This document shows positions 1 to 6,530 of a DNA stretch of 47,211 bases, in pieces. The position numbers and the translations under genes are program-made. This stretch comes from a virus: the IMG/VR virus record IMGVR_UViG_3300045988_030428; one strand, given 5' to 3'. Below the pieces are notes generated by a model that was given only the letters and a program-made list of their open reading frames with translations, made no database searches and was not told the DNA's origin. The stretch's first letter is position 1. Every line of letters starts with the position of its first letter.

Positions 1-314
1 TTGCCAGAAGAGCCGATCTGCGCGGCATCGCCAGAAGAGCCGATCTGCGCGGCATAGCCAGAAGAGCCGATCTGCGCGGCATTGCCAGAAGAGCCGATCT
101 GCGCGGCATAGCCAGAAGAGCCGATCTGCGCGGCATCGCCAGAAGAGCCGATCTTCGCGGCATCGCCAGAAGAGCCGATCTGCGCGGCATAGCCAGAAGA
201 GCCGATCTGCGCGGCATCGCCAGAAGAGCCGATCTGCGCGGCATTGCCAGAAGAGCCGATCTGCGCGGCATTGCCAGAAGAGCCGATCTGCGCGGCATCG
301 CCAGAAGAGCCGAT
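1..314. repeat. 27-bp coding tandem repeat array (about 11.6 copies at this end)
   Basis: Unit gccagaagagccgatctgcgcggcatN starts at 3, 30, 57 ... 300. The only variable positions are N (c/a/t) and one g/t (ctgcgc vs cttcgc). Confidence 0.95.
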
Positions 315-674
315 ATCAAGGTTGCTTTTCGGCATGTTGTCAATGGTCTGCACCTTCATGAAGTCAACGCACGCTTTAACGAAGCCCGGGAGACCAAGTC
401 TCAGCCCAATGTGTAGTTTCTTCGTGGCGAACTTCCGCCCATCGTCCGTTACCGGAGGTTCGAGCGCTTCAACGGCGGCGAAGTCTGACGGTTCCCCGTT
501 AGCACCAATGAGAGGATAATAGTCGAGACAATCAAAGGGACTTACGCAATAGTGCATCATTCCTTTGCCGCAAATATCGCCGCCTGCTTCTTCAAAGTCT
601 GTGTTCTCGGCATATTGCTTTCCTTTACACACAAGCCCCGGTGCGAACGCCTTAAAGCCTTTTGTGTTATCCAT
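1..674 (-). CDS. Repeat-containing early protein, N-terminal part (continues across the junction into 46872..47211)
   Basis: ATG at 674 gives MDNTKGFKAFAPGLVCKGKQYAENTDFEEAGGDICGKGMMHYC... A roughly 120-aa N-domain is followed by nonapeptide repeats AAQIGSSG[D/N/Y]. The ORF runs off the window start in frame with the end piece. It is absent from the ORF track because it has no in-window stop. Confidence 0.7.
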   Translation of the reverse strand, partial: MDNTKGFKAFAPGLVCKGKQYAENTDFEEAGGDICGKGMMHYCVSPFDCLDYYPLIGANGEPSDFAAVEALEPPVTDDGRKFATKKLHIGLRLGLPGFVKACVDFMKVQTIDNMPKSNLDIGSSGDAAQIGSSGNAAQIGSSGNAAQIGSSGDAAQIGSSGYAAQIGSSGDAAKIGSSGDAAQIGSSGYAAQIGSSGNAAQIGSSGYAAQIGSSGDAAQIGSSG

Positions 675-678
675 GTTT

Positions 679-873
679 TCATTCCTTTCCAAGTGATTGC
701 CCGGCAACTAAATCTTCAACCGAGCATCCATAAAGTTTCGCAAGTTTTTTGTGGTGCTTTCTTGCGATGCCTGCGTTACCGGTCTCCCACTTGTGTACTG
801 CAACCTGACTGACATTGCACCGCTTTGCAACGGCTTCCTGCGTCAACCCGGCGTTCAGGCGAAGTTCTTTCAA
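679..873 (-). CDS. XRE-family HTH protein, Cro-like first gene of the leftward early operon
   Basis: 64 aa. LTQEAVAKRCNVSQVAVHKWETG is a classic HTH_3 motif. It lies opposite a CI-like gene. Confidence 0.8.
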   Translation of the reverse strand: MKELRLNAGLTQEAVAKRCNVSQVAVHKWETGNAGIARKHHKKLAKLYGCSVEDLVAGQSLGKE

Positions 874-923
874 GCTTCTCGTGGCACTCCCCCCTAATAC
901 CCCATAAATATGAGTAGTTATTA

Positions 924-952
924 TTGACAGCGCCCGAAAGCGGTGATATTAT
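924..952 (+). promoter_or_regulatory. Sigma70-like promoter for the repressor operon
   Basis: TTGACA (924-929), a 17-nt spacer, then TATTAT (947-952). Confidence 0.55.
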
Positions 953-1025
953 GGGTTTGTTCAGGACACATAATCTCGCCGTTTTCGGAGCGGCTGCCTT
1001 TTCTGTATCTCTTGGGTACGGTTAT

Positions 1026-1054
1026 ATAATAACTCATGTTTTCGCGATTTTCAA
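1026..1054 (-). promoter_or_regulatory. Sigma70-like promoter for the Cro-like early operon
   Basis: On the minus strand: TTGAAA (1054-1049), a 17-nt spacer, then TATTAT (1031-1026). It faces the + promoter at 924-952. Confidence 0.5.
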
Positions 1055-1111
1055 TACATAAATCGTGATTATGTGAGATTTGTAGAATTGCACAATTCAC
1101 GAGGTTTCGAT

Positions 1112-1483
1112 ATGGACATTACGCTGGAACGAATTCTTTCGCTCATCCCCAAAAAAGAAAACGGAGATTATCAGCATGGTGCGCTAAAGGCATTTGCAAA
1201 TTCCATTGGGCTAAGAAGTGGAAATCTTATTTCCGACTGGGTCAAAGGCAGAAGTGAGTCTTACAAAAACTACATCTACGAAGTTTCGGCGAAGTACGGT
1301 GTTTCGGTCGAATGGCTACGAGGCGAGACAAACGATCCGCATGCGGGCATAAAAAAAGAGTCCGCTCCGGAAAAGAGCGAACTCAGTATGGGCCAGCTTG
1401 AATTGATTGAACTGTCCAGTAAAATGAGCGACGACGAACTTAGAAAATTCATCGCCGCTATGAAAGCTATGATTGGGGAATAA
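1112..1483 (+). CDS. CI-like phage repressor (HTH, no S24 peptidase domain seen)
   Basis: ATG at 1112 is preceded by GAGG. LKAFANSIGLRSGNLISDWVKGRSESYKNYIYEVSAKYGVSVEWLRGE resembles a CI-type HTH. It faces the Cro-like gene across the switch region. Confidence 0.65.
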   Translation: MDITLERILSLIPKKENGDYQHGALKAFANSIGLRSGNLISDWVKGRSESYKNYIYEVSAKYGVSVEWLRGETNDPHAGIKKESAPEKSELSMGQLELIELSSKMSDDELRKFIAAMKAMIGE

Positions 1484-1485
1484 AC

Positions 1486-1881
1486 ATGGAATCCATCTCG
1501 GAATTCATTGAGAAATATGTTTCTGTATCAGACATTGTGACCACGCTGATTACAATGGCGATTGCTGGTGTTTTCACTCTGATTCTCCGCGCCATTTGGA
1601 AAGGCATCAAGAAACTCAGCAAGGACAAGCAAAAAACAAGGAACGTATTGCAATACATAGTCCTGTTTTTATGTTTCGAGTTCCCTTTCGGGATTGGGTT
1701 ATTCGTTGGATTGAACCGCGACAATACGTTGCGCGTGATTTGCTGGTCAATCTTTGCTGTTTACTTCGCAATCCGGCTCTCTGTCCTTATTAAACAGCTT
1801 CTTGACGAAACGGCAAACCCAGGTGAAGATTGCTTTGCAGGTGAAAGCGAGTGCAATGACGATCGCGTTTCGGATGAATGA
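1486..1881 (+). CDS. Three-TM membrane protein co-transcribed with the repressor
   Basis: ATG lies 2 nt after the repressor stop. Three hydrophobic helices with a KKLSKDKQKTR loop. AT-rich block. Confidence 0.5.
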   Translation: MESISEFIEKYVSVSDIVTTLITMAIAGVFTLILRAIWKGIKKLSKDKQKTRNVLQYIVLFLCFEFPFGIGLFVGLNRDNTLRVICWSIFAVYFAIRLSVLIKQLLDETANPGEDCFAGESECNDDRVSDE

Positions 1882-1917
1882 ATCTACCCAGCCGTTTTCA
1901 ACAAGATATTCAATCAT
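1747..1917 (-). CDS. Small single-TM protein (56 aa), convergent with and overlapping 1486..1881
   Basis: AAGGAGG lies 8 nt upstream of the ATG at 1917. Product: MIEYLVENGWVDSFIRNAIVIALAFTCKAIFTWVCRFVKK... It has its own promoter-like element upstream. Confidence 0.4.
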   Translation of the reverse strand: MIEYLVENGWVDSFIRNAIVIALAFTCKAIFTWVCRFVKKLFNKDREPDCEVNSKD

Positions 1918-1959
1918 GTATATCGCCTCCTTTTGCGAATTTATGTTCCGTCTTTTAAT

Positions 1960-1989
1960 ATTATAACACAAATTGTGCGAGATTGTGAA
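1960..1989 (-). promoter_or_regulatory. Candidate promoter for the small TM gene
   Basis: Minus strand: TTCACA (1989-1984), an 18-nt spacer, then TGtTATAAT (extended -10, 1965-1960). Confidence 0.35.
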
Positions 1990-2024
1990 GTTAATTGTCA
2001 GTTGTTTTGTTAGGGGGTTGTTTT

Positions 2025-2231
2025 ATGCCATTGTTCCAGAAAAAACAGATTCAGCGTGTTAAGTGTCTCGGAGTTAGAACAGCTGAAGAAACAAAAGTTA
2101 TTGCTACATACAATAGCACCATATACTGCTTTTTAATCGAATACACAGACCGCAGCCGAGCAATAAAGGAATACGGAGCATCAGACAGAGCTCTGCAAGA
2201 GCTCCTTCCATACATCAGCATGAACGCATAA
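2025..2231 (+). CDS. Hypothetical small protein (68 aa)
   Basis: AGGGGG lies 8 nt upstream of the ATG at 2025. Product: MPLFQKKQIQRVKCLGVRTAEETKVIATYNSTIYCFLIEYTDRSRAIKEYG... Confidence 0.4.
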   Translation: MPLFQKKQIQRVKCLGVRTAEETKVIATYNSTIYCFLIEYTDRSRAIKEYGASDRALQELLPYISMNA

Positions 2232-2342
2232 GTTTTCAGTAAGTTCATACAGAATTTTGTCCACTTGTTCATTGTCAAGTCTGGCAACAAGTGCTGCTGC
2301 CTCAGTCTCCAATGCAATTCGTTCATTTGTTTTCTCATTCAT
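2181..2342 (-). CDS. Hypothetical small helical protein (53 aa)
   Basis: ATG at 2342 lies downstream of a strong promoter-like element. Product: MNEKTNERIALETEAAALVARLDNEQVDKILYELTENL... The 3' end overlaps 2025..2231 by 51 nt. Confidence 0.4.
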   Translation of the reverse strand: MNEKTNERIALETEAAALVARLDNEQVDKILYELTENLCVHADVWKELLQSSV

Positions 2343-2382
2343 TTCACAAAATTCCCTTCTATTTTTCTGAGGCAGTAAGTAC

Positions 2383-2411
2383 ATAATAGAACCTATGTTC
2401 TAATAAGTCAA
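2383..2411 (-). promoter_or_regulatory. Sigma70-like promoter
   Basis: Minus strand: TTGACT (2411-2406), a 17-nt spacer, then TATTAT (2388-2383). Confidence 0.45.
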
Positions 2412-2549
2412 CGTTGCAATGTGCACAAAATCTGTCGTTTATTTTTTTGCGCCGCGAGACTGTAAAAGTCCGGTTTTTCACCCATAATATGTGATATGCT
2501 GGATTGGGGATTTGGCGAGAAAGAAAATGACTGTATGGTTGATGGCTGC

Positions 2550-2592
2550 GCCCCGTGCCAGCGTGCCGCCGCTGACACGGGGCTTTGGTTTT
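2550..2592 (+). terminator. Rho-independent terminator candidate
   Basis: GCCCCGTG (2550-2557) pairs with CACGGGGC (2576-2583), followed by tttggtttt. Confidence 0.5.
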
Positions 2593-2714
2593 CTGCAAGC
2601 GATTGGGAGCCGCCTGTAGTTCAACCATACGCTTTCACCAATGGTTATGTACAGCCCTTTCCATGGTTTTCTCCGCCTCAATCATGGGTTTTTGGAGTGA
2701 TTTTCTTGGAAAAA

Positions 2715-3104
2715 ATGTTGTGGCAACTCTGCCGCGAAGCAAAGGAGTCTTTGCATCTCACAAACCAAGCCATTGCCGACCGCGCCGGTCTCGCCCTGAA
2801 TACGGTTTCTCAGTACCTGCGCGGCGAATCAAAAAGCGCCTCTGTCTACACCGTCGGCCCGATCTGCTATGCCCTCGGCATCGATTTGAACGCATACTTC
2901 GGCATCTCGCCGCCCGCTCCGGAATCCGTTTCCGAGCTGCTTCGGCTGGAAAACAAAAGCCTCCGCATCCAGCGCGAGCATCTGCAGAAATCCCTGCGTA
3001 TGCACCGGCTTGTGACGCTTATCCTGCTCAGCATCGTCGCACTTTGCGCTTTTGCTCTGGTGGTGGATATCTTGAGCCCAACCCTCGGTTGGTTCCGTGC
3101 ATAA
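2715..3104 (+). CDS. XRE-type HTH protein with C-terminal transmembrane anchor
   Basis: Internal ATG at 2715. LTNQAIADRAGLALNTVSQYLRGE is the HTH; a coiled segment follows, then LVTLILLSIVALCAFALVVDIL is the TM. The upstream part of the track ORF contains a terminator and reads as junk. Confidence 0.6.
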   Translation: MLWQLCREAKESLHLTNQAIADRAGLALNTVSQYLRGESKSASVYTVGPICYALGIDLNAYFGISPPAPESVSELLRLENKSLRIQREHLQKSLRMHRLVTLILLSIVALCAFALVVDILSPTLGWFRA

Positions 3105-3156
3105 AAAATAGCCGCCCCGGCGCACTGCCGGAGCGGTACTTTTAAGGAGGTAACCC

Positions 3157-4263
3157 ATGCAGCGATGTGTAAAATGCAACATGGAGATCCCCGACGGGTC
3201 TCTTTTTTGTTGCTGGTGTGGGAAAAAGCAAATCGTACAGCGCAGCCGAACGCGAGGAAACGGGCAGGGAAACGCATACCAGCGCGGGAAAACGTGGACG
3301 GCCCGTTGGACTGAAAAAACATACATCGACGAAAACGGGAAGCTTCAGCAAAAGATGAAAACGAAAGGCGGCTTTGCATCCAAGCGCGCGGCTCTGCAAT
3401 ACGCTGCAAACCCGCCCAAGGAGGCCAAGCGAAGCTGCACCCTCCGTGAATACTACAAGACATACCAAAAAGGGGATTACTTGTCTCTTTCCAACGACCG
3501 GCAGGGCGCTTCGGATAAGGCATTTCAGCGGTTGGCGGAGATCGCGGACTGCGAAATTGATAGTCTTACAATTATGCAGATACAAGATGTGATCGACCAC
3601 AACGCCAGCACCTATTACACGCGGAAGGACATGAAAACCGTTGTGTCCCATTGCTACAATCTTGCGATTGCCGAAAAGCAAACCACGGTGAATCTTGCGA
3701 AATACATAAAGCTTCCCGTCCTCGAAGAAAAGTCCCCGGAGCCGTTTTCCGATGCTGATATTAAGAAACTATGGGCGGCTTACGAAAAGGATCATTTCGT
3801 CGGATTTGTTCTGGTAATGATTTATACTGGAATGATGCCAGGCGAGCTGCTCCGGCTCAAAAAGGACATGATCGACTTTAATAAAAATGAGATTGTCAAA
3901 GGCGGCATAAAAACGAAAAAGCGCAAGGAAACGCCGATGGTTTTCCCAGATTTTCTCGCTCCGCTGCTTCAATCCTTGTGCGATGAAAGCGACTCACGCA
4001 TTGGGAACGTATGCTGCATAAACAAAGACAACTTTTACAAACGATACTATGAGTGCTTAGAGTTGGCCGATGTGCAGAAACTCCCACCGTATTCCTGCCG
4101 TCATACGACCGCAACTGCCCTCGCCTCCAAAAACATTGACCCATTTACGATCAAGGAGATCATGCGGCACACAAAGATAACGACGACGCAGCGATATGTC
4201 CATCCGGATATGAGCGGCATGATCGACGCCGTGAATCTGTTGCAAGAAGATACAAACAAGTAA
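3157..4263 (+). CDS. int: Tyrosine recombinase/integrase with N-terminal zinc ribbon
   Basis: AAGGAGG RBS. CVKCNMEIPDGSLFCCWCG is the zinc ribbon. The C-terminus ...YSCRHTTATALA...IMRHTKITTTQRYVH carries the R/H-x-x-R/Y catalytic signature. Confidence 0.9.
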   Translation: MQRCVKCNMEIPDGSLFCCWCGKKQIVQRSRTRGNGQGNAYQRGKTWTARWTEKTYIDENGKLQQKMKTKGGFASKRAALQYAANPPKEAKRSCTLREYYKTYQKGDYLSLSNDRQGASDKAFQRLAEIADCEIDSLTIMQIQDVIDHNASTYYTRKDMKTVVSHCYNLAIAEKQTTVNLAKYIKLPVLEEKSPEPFSDADIKKLWAAYEKDHFVGFVLVMIYTGMMPGELLRLKKDMIDFNKNEIVKGGIKTKKRKETPMVFPDFLAPLLQSLCDESDSRIGNVCCINKDNFYKRYYECLELADVQKLPPYSCRHTTATALASKNIDPFTIKEIMRHTKITTTQRYVHPDMSGMIDAVNLLQEDTNK

Positions 4264-4269
4264 ATTCTG

Positions 4270-4291
4270 TATGCTACAAAATATGCTACAA
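4270..4291 (+). promoter_or_regulatory. Arm-type integrase-binding repeats (P arm candidate)
   Basis: tatgctacaa occurs twice in direct repeat (4270-4279, 4282-4291). Related copies lie at 4520-4540. Confidence 0.45.
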
Positions 4292-4362
4292 TTTGCAGTT
4301 TCCGCAGTGTTTTCAATGGTTCTAAATCCCCTGCTAAGGGAGTAGTCGTCTAAAAAGCGAGC

Positions 4363-4390
4363 GAGAGTTCGAATCTCTCCTTCCGCGCCA
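4363..4390 (+). other. tRNA 3'-end mimic, candidate attP core
   Basis: GAGAG-TTCGAAT-CTCTC T-arm, then CTTCCGC, G and CCA. No matching 5' acceptor half (GCGGAAG) is present upstream, so this is a fragment and not a tRNA gene. It lies 100 nt downstream of int. Confidence 0.6.
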
Positions 4391-4391
4391 A

Positions 4392-4435
4392 AGTGCCGAT
4401 TTTAGCTGTGTTGAGGCTAAAATCGGCACTTTTTA
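4392..4435 (+). terminator. Rho-independent terminator directly after the tRNA-like end
   Basis: Perfect 15-bp stem: agtgccgattttagc (4392-4406) pairs with gctaaaatcggcact (4416-4430), followed by tttt. Confidence 0.8.
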
Positions 4436-4519
4436 TACTCTATACTGTCTTTGTTCGCATCTGCGGCGGGACTCGAACGTTTTGCTTTGATAAATGTGAT
4501 AACGTAAAATCGTTTCCTG

Positions 4520-4540
4520 TATGCTACATTATATGTTACA
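4520..4540 (+). promoter_or_regulatory. Arm-type integrase-binding repeats (P' arm candidate)
   Basis: tatgctaca (4520-4528) and tatgttaca (4532-4540), in the same orientation as the copies at 4270-4291. Confidence 0.4.
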
Positions 4541-4593
4541 TATTTATTTCAGGATATGCCTTTGATCTTCCGCATCACCGCATCATACCCCGT

Positions 4594-5064
4594 CTATTTG
4601 TTATGGGCAATGCACCTGTAATACGCACAAAGCTTTTCCTCCGGGCCGGGGCCGTCCTTATCCATCAAGAACGCCCGCGCCAGCTCCGCGTAGAACTCCG
4701 GCACGTTGACTCCGAACTTCCGCGCCACATCGTAGTAGTCCGAATGCATCATGTTCATCGTCACTCCGAAAACCCAGTGCGGAATATCGTTCCCGGCTCC
4801 GCTCGCATCCGCGACGGCGGAAGTCTGCTCCATCGTCCAGTGTGGGCCGGTCGAGCCGTCGGCATTCTGCATATGCTCGGCCCAGTGTATGGCCGTTTCT
4901 CGGTCAAACGCTGCCGCATCCGGCTCGTCTGCGCGGCAGTCCAGCTTTTCCAGCCTGCGGATCGTCTTCGCGTACAGGCCGACTTCCTCCGCGCTGCCCA
5001 GCGTCACAGGTTTCTCCATGGCCTCGTGCAGCTTCGTGTAAAGTTTTTCGACATATTCTTTCAT
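4594..5064 (-). CDS. Hypothetical protein (157 aa)
   Basis: GGAGG RBS and ATG at 5064. Product: MKEYVEKLYTKLHEAM...GPHWTMEQTSAV...MNMMHSDYYDVARKFGVNVPEFYAELARAFLMDKD... Confidence 0.6.
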   Translation of the reverse strand: MKEYVEKLYTKLHEAMEKPVTLGSAEEVGLYAKTIRRLEKLDCRADEPDAAAFDRETAIHWAEHMQNADGSTGPHWTMEQTSAVADASGAGNDIPHWVFGVTMNMMHSDYYDVARKFGVNVPEFYAELARAFLMDKDGPGPEEKLCAYYRCIAHNK

Positions 5065-5068
5065 CGTG

Positions 5069-5404
5069 TCATGCCTCCTGGATATACCGGTAGAGTTTGT
5101 CCACGTCGTTCTGATCAAAGCGCAGATCGCCCAGCAGCGGGACGGATACGGTCAGCTTGTTTTCAAAGCGCGGCCTTGCCGCATTATAGAGCCGGTCAAG
5201 GTCGATGTTTCCGTCCTCGTCCATTACGCCCATCATCTTCACCGCTGGATTTTCACGCAGCTTGAGCAGCTGCGCCTTGCCTCCATCCATGATAAGCGCC
5301 AGCGCGATCCCGGCTCCAATGCCCTTGCCCGTCGGCAGATGGGGAATGATCTCATTGTCGGCGAATTTTGCCGCGCCTCGCATAGCCTGATCGATCGTTA
5401 CCAT
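5069..5404 (-). CDS. Hypothetical protein (111 aa)
   Basis: Clean ORF tightly packed with its neighbours. Product: MVTIDQAMRGAAKFADNEIIPHLPTGKGIGAGIALALIMDGG... Confidence 0.6.
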   Translation of the reverse strand: MVTIDQAMRGAAKFADNEIIPHLPTGKGIGAGIALALIMDGGKAQLLKLRENPAVKMMGVMDEDGNIDLDRLYNAARPRFENKLTVSVPLLGDLRFDQNDVDKLYRYIQEA

Positions 5405-5453
5405 AAGGACACCTCCGTGTTAAGATCGGGGCGGCTATTGCCGCCCCTTTGGT

Positions 5454-6023
5454 TTACTTGTTGCAGCACCCGCATTTCGGAAGCGGGTTGTAGAGCGTCT
5501 GCGCCGTGGTTGCGGTGCCCGTGGTGACGTCTGCCACCTGCTTGGGATAAAACGTCGCGTTGGCGTAGGTGACAATGCTGTTGTCGCCGCAGCAGCGTCG
5601 TTCGGCCTCCATCTCGATCTCGCGGTGCAGCTCGTCCTTTACAGACGCGATGTCCTGGCGGGCCAGCACGAAGCTGTCCTCAGTGCGCTGGTTGTGAACG
5701 GCCTGATCGCACAGGGACTTCCGCACGTCCTTGAGCTGGCCGTCGATGTAAGCGTACATCTCCAGCATCTTCTGATCGTTGTAGGTGTTTGCCTTGAGCG
5801 TCGCGATCTCGCTGTCCTTCGCGGCCAGCTTCTGCTCCCGATCGAGATCGTAGCGCGTGACCGGCATGTTCTCGCTGCACATGCCCGCCGCCGCAGCCGC
5901 AGCAGGGCTGCAGCCCCATCCGCCACTCAGCAGATTGCCGAGCAGGCCGAGTCCGACGCCCGCCGTGCCGATAATGCCCGTTGTCAGTGCCGCATTGGCC
6001 TTGCCATTGCTTGCGTATTCCAT
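5454..6023 (-). CDS. Membrane-associated coiled-coil protein with Cys-rich C-terminus (190 aa)
   Basis: GGAGG RBS and ATG at 6023. It has an N-terminal Gly-zipper hydrophobic segment (TTGIIGTAGVGLGLLGNLLSGGWG), a long heptad-like middle, an RRCCGD motif and a C-terminal KCGCCNK. Confidence 0.6.
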   Translation of the reverse strand: MEYASNGKANAALTTGIIGTAGVGLGLLGNLLSGGWGCSPAAAAAAGMCSENMPVTRYDLDREQKLAAKDSEIATLKANTYNDQKMLEMYAYIDGQLKDVRKSLCDQAVHNQRTEDSFVLARQDIASVKDELHREIEMEAERRCCGDNSIVTYANATFYPKQVADVTTGTATTAQTLYNPLPKCGCCNK

Positions 6024-6272
6024 AGTAGTACCTCCGATAAAATAGTAAGCTGGCCAGCTCCTATGCTCATTATGAGGCATCCACGAAGAACAAAAAACCA
6101 ACTCTTCGGCCACTTTTCGGGCACAAAATGTATAAAAAACAGCCACTCCATACGGAGCGGTTGCCTTGTATATAGAAAAACGGGGCCGGTGCAGGCACCA
6201 GCCCTTGGAAAGAATACCGAATATCCTTTTGTGCTACACACATATTATATACGCTCAGTAGTCAACTGTCAA

Positions 6273-6530
6273 TTACTGCATAACTACCTTCTCAGCTTCA
6301 CTCAGCACCTTTCGGATGCTCTTTGAGAATACAGGGAGCCTGTTTTCGATATACTTTTTCTTGAAATTCATGATCGTTATTCCGGTCAATTCGTCTGTGG
6401 CAATGTCTTTCAGATAGATTACATTCCCGTCAGAATCATCACCGTAAGAATTACTGCGGTCACCGAGTGCAATGTACAGGACGTCGAATTTCTTGTCGTA
6501 GTCGAATCCGATGTTATTCTTCTGCAACAT
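6273..6530 (-). CDS. DUF2283-like small protein (putative antitoxin partner)
   Basis: GAAGGTGAGG RBS and ATG at 6530. FDYDKKFDVLYIALGD...GNVIYLKDIATDELTGITIMNF matches the YuzE/DUF2283 pattern. It overlaps the upstream gene by 17 nt. Confidence 0.55.
   Translation of the reverse strand: MLQKNNIGFDYDKKFDVLYIALGDRSNSYGDDSDGNVIYLKDIATDELTGITIMNFKKKYIENRLPVFSKSIRKVLSEAEKVVMQ

Noticed and set aside
1-314. Regular short repeats that could be mistaken for a CRISPR array
   Set aside because: The units are contiguous with no spacers, the period is 27 bp (9 codons), and they are in frame within a long minus-strand ORF. This is a coding tandem repeat.
244-519. + strand ORF MPEEPICAALPEEPICAAS...
   Set aside because: It is the antisense reading of the repeat array. 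The minus-strand frame connects a real N-domain (ATG at 674, good context) to a C-domain and stop at 46872.
2496-2714. N-terminal extension of the HTH-TM ORF (MLDWGFGEKENDCMVDGC...)
   Set aside because: The stretch contains a terminator hairpin (2550-2592) and has Trp/Pro-rich non-protein-like composition. The HTH domain begins right after the internal ATG at 2715.
3142-3681. 179-aa minus ORF, with 2867..3523 and 2829..3326, overlapping int and the HTH-TM gene
   Set aside because: They are antisense to genes with clear domain signatures, have no RBS, and have junk-like composition.
4455-4478. Second tRNA-like fragment (minus-strand GTTCGAGTCCCGCCGCAGATGCGA)
   Set aside because: Only the T-loop and 3' strand are recognisable, there is no complementary 5' T-stem, and the 3' end is not CCA. 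A 9-mer such as TTCGAGTCC could occur by chance in 47 kb. It is kept only as a note under the attP finding.
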